Origin: Coraliomargarita sp.
GTDB lineage: Bacteria; Verrucomicrobiota; Verrucomicrobiia; Opitutales; Coraliomargaritaceae
Reading direction: 5' to 3'
NCBI GenBank assembly: GCA_965216325.1
Contig: OZ244160.1
Span: 1 to 64,000 of the forward strand
DNA length: 64,000 bases
Below the pieces are notes generated by a model, which worked only from the letters and a program-made list of their open reading frames with translations, was not told the origin of the DNA and did not search any database. Position 1 is the stretch's first letter; each line of letters begins with the position of its first letter. This document shows, in pieces, positions 32,391-41,464 of the stretch. A program made the position numbers and the translations under genes.

Positions 32391-33794
32391 TTATTTGGAC
32401 TCTTCGAGGAGGCGTGGATCGGGGCCGAGGAATTCGATTTTGCGGGTCATGATGGTCTTTCCGTCCTCGTTGCGGATGCTGATGTCCATTGGGAAGGAAC
32501 CCTGATACACGCTGCGGTCAACGCTGATGATGACCGGGCGGACTTCTTCGCCCATGGTCTTAATCGTGGTTTGGTCTTCGCTGAGCTGCACGATGTAGTC
32601 GGTGAAGACTTCGCTGGACGTGACGATTTGATAGTTCTGCGTGCTGGAGGTCTTGTTGATGATGCGCGCCATGAACTGGTTGCGCACGGTCTCGTCGTTG
32701 ACGATATACGGGAGCCCTTGCATACGCACGACATTCAAGTTTGCGCTACGGATGCGGCTGGCAGAGAGCGTGAAGGCTGTTGCGCCGACGAGCATCAAGG
32801 CGAAGTAAAGGAAGATGCGTGGACGTAGCAGACGCTTCTTTTGGCCTTTGAGTCCGTTGAGTGAGTCATAGCGGATGAGGCCTTTGTCGCGGCCAAGCTT
32901 GTCCATGATTGTATCACAAGCGTCGATACAGTTGGCACAGCCGATACATTCCATTTGTAGGCCTTGGCGAATGTCGATGCCCGTTGGGCATACTTGCACG
33001 CAGCGGGTGCAATCCACACAGTCGCCGACGCCTTCTTTCTTGGCCGAGCCACGTGGCTCACCGCGACCTTCGTCGTAACCGATCACGATGGAATCGTCGT
33101 CAATTAGTGCGGACTGCAGGCGGCCGTAAGGACAGATGACCAAGCAGAGCTGTTCACGGAACCAAGAGAAATTGAAATAGATGATCGTGCTGGCGATGAA
33201 GACAAAAACGAAGGCCCCCCAGTGCTCGGTTGGACTGGTGCGCATCCAGTGGTAGAGCTCGGGAATCGAAATGAAGTAGGCCAGAAAGAAGTGCGCGATG
33301 ATCATCGAGATCACGACGTAGATGCCGTGCTTGATCAGGCGCTTAGTGATTTTCTCAGGACCCCATTCTTGTTTATCCAACTTCTTGCGTGCGGTGGCAT
33401 CGCCATCGATCCAGCGCTCGATGCGGCGATAAACTTGCTCCAGAAAGACCGAGTGCGGGCAGGCCCAGCCGCACCAGAGACGACCGAACAATGCGGTGAG
33501 GAAGAATAGCGAGAAGCCCAGCCCCGTGATGAGGAAGAAGGTCATCCACAGGTCTTGGGTCGCAAAGGTCAGCCCAAACAGGTGGAAGCGGCGGTCGAGC
33601 ACATTGAGGAAGACCGCTGGGTGCCCATTGATCGGAATCCACGGTAAGCCGAAGTAAATGCCGATCAGCACAAAAGCGAAGAGCCGGCGTGCGTGAGTGA
33701 AGAGGCCGTTGGCATCTGCTGGGTGCAGATAGTTGCGCGAGCCATCGCGATTGATGGTCGTGAGTGATTCGCGGATGGGCTTAACCTGTTTCAC
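32391..33794 (-). CDS. ccoG: CcoG/FixG cbb3 oxidase accessory Fe-S protein
   Basis: GRLWCGWACP, CPYGRLQ, CVDCTRCVQVCP, CIGCANCIDAC. Confidence 0.95.
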   Translation of the reverse strand: MKQVKPIRESLTTINRDGSRNYLHPADANGLFTHARRLFAFVLIGIYFGLPWIPINGHPAVFLNVLDRRFHLFGLTFATQDLWMTFFLITGLGFSLFFLTALFGRLWCGWACPHSVFLEQVYRRIERWIDGDATARKKLDKQEWGPEKITKRLIKHGIYVVISMIIAHFFLAYFISIPELYHWMRTSPTEHWGAFVFVFIASTIIYFNFSWFREQLCLVICPYGRLQSALIDDDSIVIGYDEGRGEPRGSAKKEGVGDCVDCTRCVQVCPTGIDIRQGLQMECIGCANCIDACDTIMDKLGRDKGLIRYDSLNGLKGQKKRLLRPRIFLYFALMLVGATAFTLSASRIRSANLNVVRMQGLPYIVNDETVRNQFMARIINKTSSTQNYQIVTSSEVFTDYIVQLSEDQTTIKTMGEEVRPVIISVDRSVYQGSFPMDISIRNEDGKTIMTRKIEFLGPDPRLLEESK

Positions 33795-33834
33795 AGGAGT
33801 GAAGGTGAGGGTGTATGTGAAAGTGTGACGATCA

Positions 33835-33986
33835 TCTTAATCCTAATCTTGCTCTTAATCGTAATCCCTTTCGTGCTCAGTTCGAATCTGTTTCACAGAT
33901 CCGCTACACTATTAATGACGTAGAAGAACTGCGAAGCCGTTTCTTATGTGAGAGATTAAGATTAAGCGTATGATTAAGATTAGGAG
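33835..33986. repeat. Inverted pair of hexamer tandem repeats
   Basis: tcttaatcctaatcttgctcttaatcgtaatc (33835-33866) vs gagattaagattaagcgtatgattaagattaggag (33952-33986). Confidence 0.75.
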
Positions 33987-33994
33987 TCGCGGTG

Positions 33995-34588
33995 TTACTG
34001 CACCGGCGAGGCTTCCATTTGGGTGCGGTCGTTTTTGCTGAGGATGTAGGCGACCACTTGGGTGATGCGCTTTTGTCCGAGCTGGCTACCCCAGGCTTGC
34101 ATGCCGGTCCCGGTGATGCCCTTGTCGATGGTGACGTAAATGCTCGCAGGTGCGGCACCGTGCACCCACTCGGCATCGACGAGATTGAAACCGATGCCAC
34201 CTTGTAGCTCGGCGCCGTGACAGGTTGCGCAAATACTTTGGAAGGTGGCTTTGCCCGCAGCGAGGAACTCGGCATTATTACTCATCTTCCAAAATAGTTC
34301 GTTGTCGGTGACGTCGATGGAGCCCGCGAGACGTTTGGCTTCAATCGCAGCAAGGCGCACATCGAGGCTTTGTTTGTCTTTGCCTTCGTAGGTCTTATCA
34401 TCGAGTACCAGCCAATAGACTGCTGAGAAGGCGATCACACCGAATAGGATGCAGAGCCACCAGCGTGGGAGGCGTTGATCGTATTCGTAGATGCCGTCGA
34501 CTACGTGGTCACGCAGGATGACACCTTCAGGAAGCTCTTCTTTGTGGAAGTCGTTTTCTTCGTCAGAGTGATGGTTATGGTCGCTCAT
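33995..34588 (-). CDS. ccoP: cbb3 oxidase subunit III (short, monoheme CcoP)
   Basis: DGIYEYDQRLPRWW, single CATCH, MQAW. Confidence 0.9.
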   Translation of the reverse strand: MSDHNHHSDEENDFHKEELPEGVILRDHVVDGIYEYDQRLPRWWLCILFGVIAFSAVYWLVLDDKTYEGKDKQSLDVRLAAIEAKRLAGSIDVTDNELFWKMSNNAEFLAAGKATFQSICATCHGAELQGGIGFNLVDAEWVHGAAPASIYVTIDKGITGTGMQAWGSQLGQKRITQVVAYILSKNDRTQMEASPVQ

Positions 34589-34770
34589 GATTCGTTGGGT
34601 GTGGTGCCATTGTCGTCGTCTTCCAGCGGGAGGTGCCCCATGCGGTCGACTTCCTTCTTATTCTTGAGGATCGATGCGAGCACGATTCCCACAAAGCAGA
34701 GGAAGGTCAGCCAGAAGGAGGCGACCGGGATGATGTCGGTCCAGCCGTCGTAGATAATTCGTTTGAACAT
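34585..34770 (-). CDS. ccoQ: cbb3 oxidase CcoQ-like small subunit
   Basis: One TM helix followed by MGHLPLEDD; lies between ccoNO and ccoP. Confidence 0.7.
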   Translation of the reverse strand: MFKRIIYDGWTDIIPVASFWLTFLCFVGIVLASILKNKKEVDRMGHLPLEDDDNGTTPNES

Positions 34771-34822
34771 GGCTTTGGAGAGTTAAGATTTAGGTTTTAA
34801 GTTTTAAGCAATGAAGGCGTGA

Positions 34823-37141
34823 TTACTTCGCAGAGGTTTCCTCGAAGGTGCCGAGCTTTTGCAGGTAAGCGATGAGTGCGACGATCTCCTTGTCGGGAGC
34901 GACGTAGATGCTGTCCTTCTTGAGGTTGGCGATGATGCCTGCGGCTTGTTCGTCGATTTGCGCCTGAATGTCTTCCTCGGAGAGGTCGATCGGATACGGC
35001 ACACCAAGCATGCGCATCGCATTGATCTTGGTCGGCAAGAGGTGGGTCTTAGCCTTCTTTTCCGCAAGGTGTGGATAGGACGGCATGTTGGAGGCCTTTT
35101 CAATGTCGCGCGGGTTCATCATGTGGATGTAGTGCCAGGTGTCGGAACGCTTGCCGCCTTCGCGGGCAAGGTCGGGGCCGGTGCGCTTGGAACCCCACTG
35201 GTATGGAAAGTCGTAGATGGACTCACCGAGGTGGGAGTAACCGTGCTGCTCGCCCTTGTGTTCGCCGTAGCGCATGACGTCTGGAACGAGTGTGCGGATC
35301 ATTTGTGAGTGGCAATTGTAGCAACCTTCACTGACGTAGATATCGCGGCCAACGAGCTCGAGCGGTGTATACGGAACTTGGATACGGCCTTCGATGTTGT
35401 CTGCGCGCTGCATGGTCACGGTTGGGATGATCTGGATCGCGCCACCGATGGCTGCGGCGATGATGGTCAGCACACTGAAGCCGAAGCCGTGGCTGAGGAG
35501 TTTGTCATACCAGTCGGACCATTTGGCCTGTGAGACTTCGAAGTGTCCGATCGCGACGATGGTGAAGAAGACCAGAGCGGTCAGGCCGATGATGAAGACG
35601 ATGCCGTCGCCAAAGATTGCAACCAGCATGCTGAATACGATGAGTAAGCTGTAGATGACCGGAGCATTGAGGAAGCTGTGGAAGCGCTTTTCTGGAGCTT
35701 CGCTAGTCTCGACGTTGACCTCGACGGTGCCGTTGACGGCCTTACCGCTGCGGGCAGTCATGAAGATGTTGTAGGCGAGCAAGCAGTAACCGACCACGTA
35801 GAAGACACCACCGATTAGACGCATGAGCATCATGGGCTTAATGGCCTGTAGGGTTTCCACGAAGTTGGTGTATTTCAGCAGGGTGCCGCCTTCGGTGGTG
35901 GCGTTGAGCATGAGGCCCTGCATGATGCCGGAGACCCACATGGATGCCACGTAGAGGAGGATGCCGACCATCCCGAGCCAGAAGTGTGCATTCGCGAGGG
36001 ACTTGGAGTAGAGCTTGGTATTCCAGAGGCGCGGTGCGAGCCAGTAGAACATACCCGCGGCCATAAAGCCGTTCCAACCCAGAGTGCCGCTGTGCACGTG
36101 GCCGATGGTCCAGTCAGTGTAGTGGGAAAGGGCGTTGACGGATTTGATTGAAAGCAGTGGGCCTTCGAAGGTCGCCATACCGTAGAAGGTCACACCAGCG
36201 GCGAAGAATTTAACGATCGGGTCGGTCAGAAGTTTGTCCCAGGCGCCACGGAGGGTTAGCAGACCGTTGAGCATACCGGCCCAAGATGGGGCCCAAAGCA
36301 TGAGGCTGAAGAGCATGCCGAGCGACTGGAGCCAGCCGGGCAGTGCGGTATTGAGAAGGTGGTGCGGTCCGGCCCAGATGTAAATGAAGACGAGCGACCA
36401 GAAGTGAATGATCGACAAGCGGTAGGAGTAGACCGGACGGTTGACCGACTTCGGCACGAAGTAATACATGATGCCGAGGATCGGAGTGGTTAGGAAGAAC
36501 GCCACCGCGTTGTGGCCATACCACCATTGAACCAGTGCGTCCTGCACACCACCGAAGATTGGGTAACTGTGCGTGAAGCTGGTTGGGAGCGACAAGTGAT
36601 TGACTACGTAGAGCATGGTAATCGTGACGATGGTCGCGATGTAGAACCACAGGCCGACGTAGAGGGATTTCTCGTTTCGCTTCGCGAGCGTCCAGAAGAA
36701 GTTGGCGGCGAAGACGAGCCAGATGACGGCGACGAGAATGTTGATCGGCCAGATGAGCTCCGCGTATTCCTTACCCCGGCTGTAGCCGAGTGGTAGGGTC
36801 ACGGCGGCACCGACGATGATCAGCTGCCAGCCCCAGAAGTGAATCTTACTCAGCAGATCGGAGGCGAGTCGCGCTCGGCAGAGTCGCTGCGTGGAGTAGT
36901 AAACACCCGCGAACATCATGTTACCGACGAAGGCGAAGATCGCTGCATTGGTGTGCAGCGGACGCAGACGCCCGAAGGTGAGCCACTCCAGATTAAAGCT
37001 TAGCAGCGGGAAATTTAATTGAGCGGCGACAAAGGCTCCGGCTCCGAGGCCGACGATGGCCCAGAAGATGGAGGCTACCATAAATTTCCTTACGGTATTG
37101 TCGTCGTATTCGATGGTCAGGGTGTTTGCTTGTGTATTCAT
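34823..37141 (-). CDS. ccoNO: cbb3 cytochrome c oxidase fused subunits I/II (CcoN-CcoO)
   Basis: GRLRPLHT, WWYGHN, GPHH, GHVH; then EGCYNCHSQMIR, WGSKRTGPDL, SNMP. Confidence 0.96.
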   Translation of the reverse strand: MNTQANTLTIEYDDNTVRKFMVASIFWAIVGLGAGAFVAAQLNFPLLSFNLEWLTFGRLRPLHTNAAIFAFVGNMMFAGVYYSTQRLCRARLASDLLSKIHFWGWQLIIVGAAVTLPLGYSRGKEYAELIWPINILVAVIWLVFAANFFWTLAKRNEKSLYVGLWFYIATIVTITMLYVVNHLSLPTSFTHSYPIFGGVQDALVQWWYGHNAVAFFLTTPILGIMYYFVPKSVNRPVYSYRLSIIHFWSLVFIYIWAGPHHLLNTALPGWLQSLGMLFSLMLWAPSWAGMLNGLLTLRGAWDKLLTDPIVKFFAAGVTFYGMATFEGPLLSIKSVNALSHYTDWTIGHVHSGTLGWNGFMAAGMFYWLAPRLWNTKLYSKSLANAHFWLGMVGILLYVASMWVSGIMQGLMLNATTEGGTLLKYTNFVETLQAIKPMMLMRLIGGVFYVVGYCLLAYNIFMTARSGKAVNGTVEVNVETSEAPEKRFHSFLNAPVIYSLLIVFSMLVAIFGDGIVFIIGLTALVFFTIVAIGHFEVSQAKWSDWYDKLLSHGFGFSVLTIIAAAIGGAIQIIPTVTMQRADNIEGRIQVPYTPLELVGRDIYVSEGCYNCHSQMIRTLVPDVMRYGEHKGEQHGYSHLGESIYDFPYQWGSKRTGPDLAREGGKRSDTWHYIHMMNPRDIEKASNMPSYPHLAEKKAKTHLLPTKINAMRMLGVPYPIDLSEEDIQAQIDEQAAGIIANLKKDSIYVAPDKEIVALIAYLQKLGTFEETSAK

Positions 37142-37194
37142 CCTTTGGAAAGAGTTGTTAGTATCCAGTTGTTCGTTGTTAGGGGCAGAGTAGC

Positions 37195-37449
37195 TCAGGT
37201 GTGGGTGGTGTGCTTCGTTGGAGCAGTTCTGACCTCCGCTCTCTGGTCGGTCCGGTTCACAATGTGCCCGGTCTTGTCGCATCGCTCGGATCTGGCGTTC
37301 TGGACTCGGGGCGTTTCGTTGTCGAAGGGGCGCAATGCGTCCTGTTCAGGACTGCTGAAGTGTTGGTTCTTCCGGTCGCCCAAAAAGAAAATCAGAAAGA
37401 GCACCGCGAGTAGCAGGCTCAGAAAGACGGTGAGCAGCAGGACGTTCAT
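37195..37449 (-). CDS. ccoS: CcoS/FixS cbb3 assembly protein
   Basis: MNVLLLTVFLSLLL...F, ALRPFD; directly upstream of ccoN. Confidence 0.75.
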   Translation of the reverse strand: MNVLLLTVFLSLLLAVLFLIFFLGDRKNQHFSSPEQDALRPFDNETPRVQNARSERCDKTGHIVNRTDQRAEVRTAPTKHTTHT

Positions 37450-37952
37450 TGCTTCGGCGGCGTCTGTTGCGTCTGCATGGCTGCGAAGGGGCAGTCCGTG
37501 CGGAATTGTTTCAAGTTACACTCTTCGACTTGCTGACCGATGAATCCTGAAAGTGCGTGGTTGATGAGTTCTTCGCATTTGGCTACCTCGATCACGGTGA
37601 ACTCGTGATCCGCATCCCAGTCCTCGTCGAAAACACTCATGAATGCTTTGAGACCGGAGTCGTGCAGTTCCATACAAACGCGACCACCGAAACAGCGCGC
37701 CTTGCAGGTGCAAGTCGCTCCGAGAAAGTCGTTTAGATGCATCTCGTCCGGGTTCGTGGTGGGCACGCGACCAGTATCGATGATTTTCAAGACTGTGTCA
37801 AAAGCCTGACCCAGATATTCATACGGTGCTACGCCGCTGGATTCGCATCCCACCTCATGGTGGCTGGCTGCAGGCAGCTCCGCCTCCGTCAACCAGTTCT
37901 CAATGATCTGGTCACGGTTGTCCCGAAGATAGCTGATAAGGTGTGCCTGCAT
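37446..37952 (-). CDS. Cys-rich hypothetical protein (RsbRD-N-like start)
   Basis: LISYLRDNRDQIIENW; CTCKARC..VC; CNL...DCPF; stop overlaps the ccoS ATG. Confidence 0.7.
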   Translation of the reverse strand: MQAHLISYLRDNRDQIIENWLTEAELPAASHHEVGCESSGVAPYEYLGQAFDTVLKIIDTGRVPTTNPDEMHLNDFLGATCTCKARCFGGRVCMELHDSGLKAFMSVFDEDWDADHEFTVIEVAKCEELINHALSGFIGQQVEECNLKQFRTDCPFAAMQTQQTPPKQ

Positions 37953-37990
37953 GACACTTGATTATTCCATAATCGCTCCTAGGCTGTCTT

Positions 37991-38019
37991 CGCATATTAG
38001 GAATAAGCCTACGCATATT
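37991..38019. promoter_or_regulatory. Candidate AraC operator (CGCATATT direct repeat, 21-bp period)
   Basis: cgcatatt at 37991 and 38012 in the 96-bp divergent spacer. Confidence 0.5.
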
Positions 38020-38048
38020 TTCGCCAATATCCAATAAGACTAGTCATA

Positions 38049-38969
38049 ATGAGCACAGAAACATGCCAGATTTCAACGGATCTGCCCCGCATTGATGCGG
38101 CGCAGAGTCGGCATGTGGTCGAGAAACTGAGCTCGGGGCAGCTTTTTAAAGACTATGAGCGTGCGTTTAAAGACGCGACGGGTTTGCCGTTACAGATTCG
38201 TCCACTAGAGGCGTATAAGTCGGTGCTCAACGAGCCGGACGATGTGGGCAACGAGTTTTGCAAGCTGCTGGCGCAGACCAATCAGGGCTGTGCGAACTGC
38301 CTAAAGATGCAGGCCGACCTCGAGCGTGAGGCTGGTCTGGAGCCGAAGTCGCTGCACTGTTTTGCCGGACTTTGCGATAGCGCGGTGCCCATTCGGGTGG
38401 GCGACAAGTTGATCGCATTTTTGCAGACTGGGCAGATCTTACTGCACCAGCCGAACAAAGAGGAGTTCACCAAGACGACGCAGCAGCTGCTCAGTTGGGG
38501 CACTCAGGTGAACCTAAAGGCGCTTGAAGAAGCCTATTTCCAAACCAAGGTCTTTGATCGTGAGCAATACGAGGCGATGTTGCGTTTATTGAGCACCTTT
38601 GCGGAACACCTTGCGTTGATTAGTAATAGCATCGCGTTGGATGAAGCCAAGACGGAGCCGAAGCTGGTGGCCAATGCCAAGCGCTACATTCAAGATCGTT
38701 ACAACGAATCGATCTCATTGGACGAAGCGGCGCGTGCGGTCAATGCCAGCACACGCCATTTCTGTAAGATCTTTAAACAGGCAACGGGGATCACCTTTAC
38801 CGATTACCTGGCACGAGTGCGGGTCGAGAAGGCCAAGGCGCTCCTGCAGAATCCGCACCTACGTGTCAGTGAGATCGCCTTTGAGACGGGGTTCGAATCG
38901 ATCTCGCAGTTTAACCGCTCGTTCAAGCGGATTACGGGCAAGTCGCCGACGCAATTTCGGGAGGCTTAG
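38049..38969 (+). CDS. PocR ligand-binding domain AraC regulator
   Basis: AFKDATGLP, NEFC, CANC, CFAGL, AVPIRVG, GQ; C-terminal AraC HTH. Confidence 0.88.
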   Translation: MSTETCQISTDLPRIDAAQSRHVVEKLSSGQLFKDYERAFKDATGLPLQIRPLEAYKSVLNEPDDVGNEFCKLLAQTNQGCANCLKMQADLEREAGLEPKSLHCFAGLCDSAVPIRVGDKLIAFLQTGQILLHQPNKEEFTKTTQQLLSWGTQVNLKALEEAYFQTKVFDREQYEAMLRLLSTFAEHLALISNSIALDEAKTEPKLVANAKRYIQDRYNESISLDEAARAVNASTRHFCKIFKQATGITFTDYLARVRVEKAKALLQNPHLRVSEIAFETGFESISQFNRSFKRITGKSPTQFREA

Positions 38970-38971
38970 GC

Positions 38972-39080
38972 GTAGCACGGGCGTCTCGCCTGTGTCAGTT
39001 TGGCCAAGAAAAAAAGCGGCAAGATGCCGCTGCTACTTTATGGAGAGTGACTCCAATCCGGCTAAAGCCGGGACCCCAAC
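38972..39080. repeat. GTAG-type REP doublet plus CCGGCTAAAGCCGG palindrome
   Basis: gtagcacgggcgtctcgcctgtg ... gcggcaagatgccgctgctac (38972-39036); ccggctaaagccgg (39058-39071). Confidence 0.75.
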
Positions 39081-39084
39081 ACGC

Positions 39085-39516
39085 CTAGCAAGGGGTCACA
39101 CCCTTCTTGAGGATGATGTTGCCGTATTTGGCAGTCTCGCCAGTCATGACGACGGCGAAGGCTTCCTTGGCGCGGTCGTAAAACGCGAAGCGGTCGATAC
39201 GCTCGGTCGCCGGTGCGTCGGGCACATGCTTTTCAATCGCTGCGCGGTAAGACGTCTCTACCGCTGGGTCGAGTGTGTCACCTTCGACGGCTGCCATCAT
39301 GAACAGTGGCGTCGGCACGTAGGCGTCCAGCTCGAGCAGTGGCAGGATTGCATCCAGCAGGTCCGGGATGCGCAGGCCGTCGGCACGAATGACGTGCGGG
39401 TTGAAGGATTCTGCAGGGAAGTGTGCGTCTGCGAGAATGATTTCGTCGCCGTGGCCCATGCGGGAGAGGGTGGCGAGCAGTTCCGGAGACATGAGTGGTG
39501 AGATACCTTTGAGCAT
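39085..39516 (-). CDS. fucU: L-fucose mutarotase
   Basis: [41 protein letters not shown]. Confidence 0.95.
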   Translation of the reverse strand: MLKGISPLMSPELLATLSRMGHGDEIILADAHFPAESFNPHVIRADGLRIPDLLDAILPLLELDAYVPTPLFMMAAVEGDTLDPAVETSYRAAIEKHVPDAPATERIDRFAFYDRAKEAFAVVMTGETAKYGNIILKKGVTPC

Positions 39517-39569
39517 GATTGTGAAGGCTGAAAGCTGAAACTTGAAAGAGAGACTATTGAGACAAAAAA

Positions 39570-39635
39570 GGTAGGGCTCGTTGTCCCCAACGAGCCGCCC
39601 CAAAGGACGGTTCGATAAGGATATCGAACCCTACC
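39570..39635. repeat. GTAG-type REP doublet
   Basis: ggtagggctcgttg..caacgagcc ... ggttcgata..tatcgaaccctacc. Confidence 0.75.
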
Positions 39636-39648
39636 TATTTAAAAACGC

Positions 39649-41433
39649 TTACTTGTAAAGCGGACCGTATGCGTCGCAGGCGCGGAAGTCGGCACCTTCG
39701 AGGTCGGATGTGCCGAAGGCACGCCATGCGCTTGGACGGAAGACACGCTCTTCTTCGACGTTGTGCATGTAAACCGGAATACGGAGCATGGATGCCAGCG
39801 TGATGTAGAGGTGGCCGACGTGACCCGCAGTCATCACACAGTGGTTGGCACCCCAGTTGTTCATGACTTCGTAAGTGGAGCGGAATGCACCTTCACCATT
39901 GAGGCGTGGCGCGAACCATGTAGTTGGCCAGGTTGGGTTGGTGCGTTGGTCGAGTGCATCGTGCACGTCGTCCGGAAGATCGACGGTCCAACCTTCAGCG
40001 ATTTGTAGGCATGGGCCGAGGTTACCTGCAAGGTTGAGGCGGATCATGGTCGCCTTCATACCACCCTTGGTGCGGTAACGTGTGCTCAAACCACCGCCCG
40101 GGAAGTATTCCGTGATGGATGGGTGCCAGGTGGTGTTCTTGAGGCTGGCTTCCGCCTCTTCGTCGGAGATCTCCCAGAATGGCTTCATGGTTGGGTTGCC
40201 ATCTGCGTCGGTTTGATCACCGGTGCCGTCGAGTGCAGCTGGGCCGGAGTTGATCAAGTGGAGGAGGCCGTCTTCAGCAACACCGTCCAGCTTGTGGCCG
40301 CCTGCGACACGTGCAACTGCGTCCGGGCTCCAGTAAGTGCGGAGGTCGGCGAAGATCTGTGCGCTGTTGGTCAGCAATTGACCGAAGAGCATGCCGGCGC
40401 CGTTGAGGGCGTCGTTCTCAGTTGCGACGATGTAAGGTGGGCGCTTGCCGTTCCAGTCGAAGGACGTGTTGAGGATGGCTTCCATGAAGTCACCATTCGG
40501 AAAGTGGTCCGTCCATTGGCGTTGCCCTTGGAAACCTGCAGCGATTGCGAAGTGACCTTGGGCTTGTTCGCCATAGCCCGCTTCGGCGAGCTTGTCGTTA
40601 CCAACCATGAGGTCGCGGGCGATGAGTGCCATCTTGACGGAGTCTTCCCATTCGCTGTCGATTTGCTCACGGCTGCGCTTGGTGTCGTCGCTGTTGTAGT
40701 CGTCGCCTTCCGGGCAGTTTTCCTTCACCCATGCGAGTGCCTTTTCGAACTCGGCCTTGTCGAAGGTGCCCTTGCTCATGCGGCCAGCAAATTCGGCCAT
40801 GTCGATGGCTTCAACGCGCATGCCGAGGTATTGCTCCCACATGGCAGGATCGACGACGGAACCAGCGATACCCATGGACGTGCCACCCATGGAGAGGTAA
40901 GCCTTGCCGCGCATGTAGGCAACTGCGAGACCTGCACGAGCAAAGTTGAGGAGCTTCTCAACGACGTCTTCCGGCATGGTTTCGTCACCAGCGTCCTGCA
41001 CGTCCTTACCGTAAATACCGAAGGCCGGGATGCCCTTTTGAGTGTGACCTGCAAGCACCGCTGCGAGGTAAACCGCACCCGGGCGCTCAGTGCCATTGAA
41101 GCCCCACACCGCCTTTGGGCGGTGTGGATCCATGTCCATTGTTTCCGAACCGTAGCACCAGCAGGGTGTAACGGTCAGCGTGAGGCCGACGCCTTCGCGC
41201 TGGAACTTCTCCTCACAGGCTGCAGCTTCACGCACGCCACCGATGTTGGTGTCAGCGATCACGCACTCGACGGGGCTGCCGTCGAGGTTCTTGAGTTCGC
41301 GGCTGTAGAGTTCAGCGACACGCTTTGCCATGTTCATGGTGATGTCTTCGAGAGACTCACGCACGCCACCGAGGCGGCCATCAATGGTCGGACGGATGCC
41401 GATCTTTGGGAATGGGAATGGATGTTTGCTCAT
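39649..41433 (-). CDS. fucI: L-fucose isomerase
   Basis: [40 protein letters not shown]. Confidence 0.97.
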   Translation of the reverse strand: MSKHPFPFPKIGIRPTIDGRLGGVRESLEDITMNMAKRVAELYSRELKNLDGSPVECVIADTNIGGVREAAACEEKFQREGVGLTLTVTPCWCYGSETMDMDPHRPKAVWGFNGTERPGAVYLAAVLAGHTQKGIPAFGIYGKDVQDAGDETMPEDVVEKLLNFARAGLAVAYMRGKAYLSMGGTSMGIAGSVVDPAMWEQYLGMRVEAIDMAEFAGRMSKGTFDKAEFEKALAWVKENCPEGDDYNSDDTKRSREQIDSEWEDSVKMALIARDLMVGNDKLAEAGYGEQAQGHFAIAAGFQGQRQWTDHFPNGDFMEAILNTSFDWNGKRPPYIVATENDALNGAGMLFGQLLTNSAQIFADLRTYWSPDAVARVAGGHKLDGVAEDGLLHLINSGPAALDGTGDQTDADGNPTMKPFWEISDEEAEASLKNTTWHPSITEYFPGGGLSTRYRTKGGMKATMIRLNLAGNLGPCLQIAEGWTVDLPDDVHDALDQRTNPTWPTTWFAPRLNGEGAFRSTYEVMNNWGANHCVMTAGHVGHLYITLASMLRIPVYMHNVEEERVFRPSAWRAFGTSDLEGADFRACDAYGPLYK

Positions 41434-41464
41434 AATGATTGATTTTAGTGATTTTAACTAACTG

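Noticed and set aside
37142..37282. N-terminal extension of CcoN in the ORF track (likewise the extended starts of pduL, apbE, fucU, efp)
   Set aside because: The extensions overlap neighbouring genes or repeats; downstream ATGs match the family N-termini
37958..37971. FNR box upstream of the cco operon
   Set aside because: The TTGAT half-site lacks the ATCAA partner at N4 spacing
40123..41442. 439-aa plus-strand ORF (similar long antisense ORFs at 10252-11166, 11350-12144, 52523-53335)
   Set aside because: Antisense to well-supported genes; expected from codon bias
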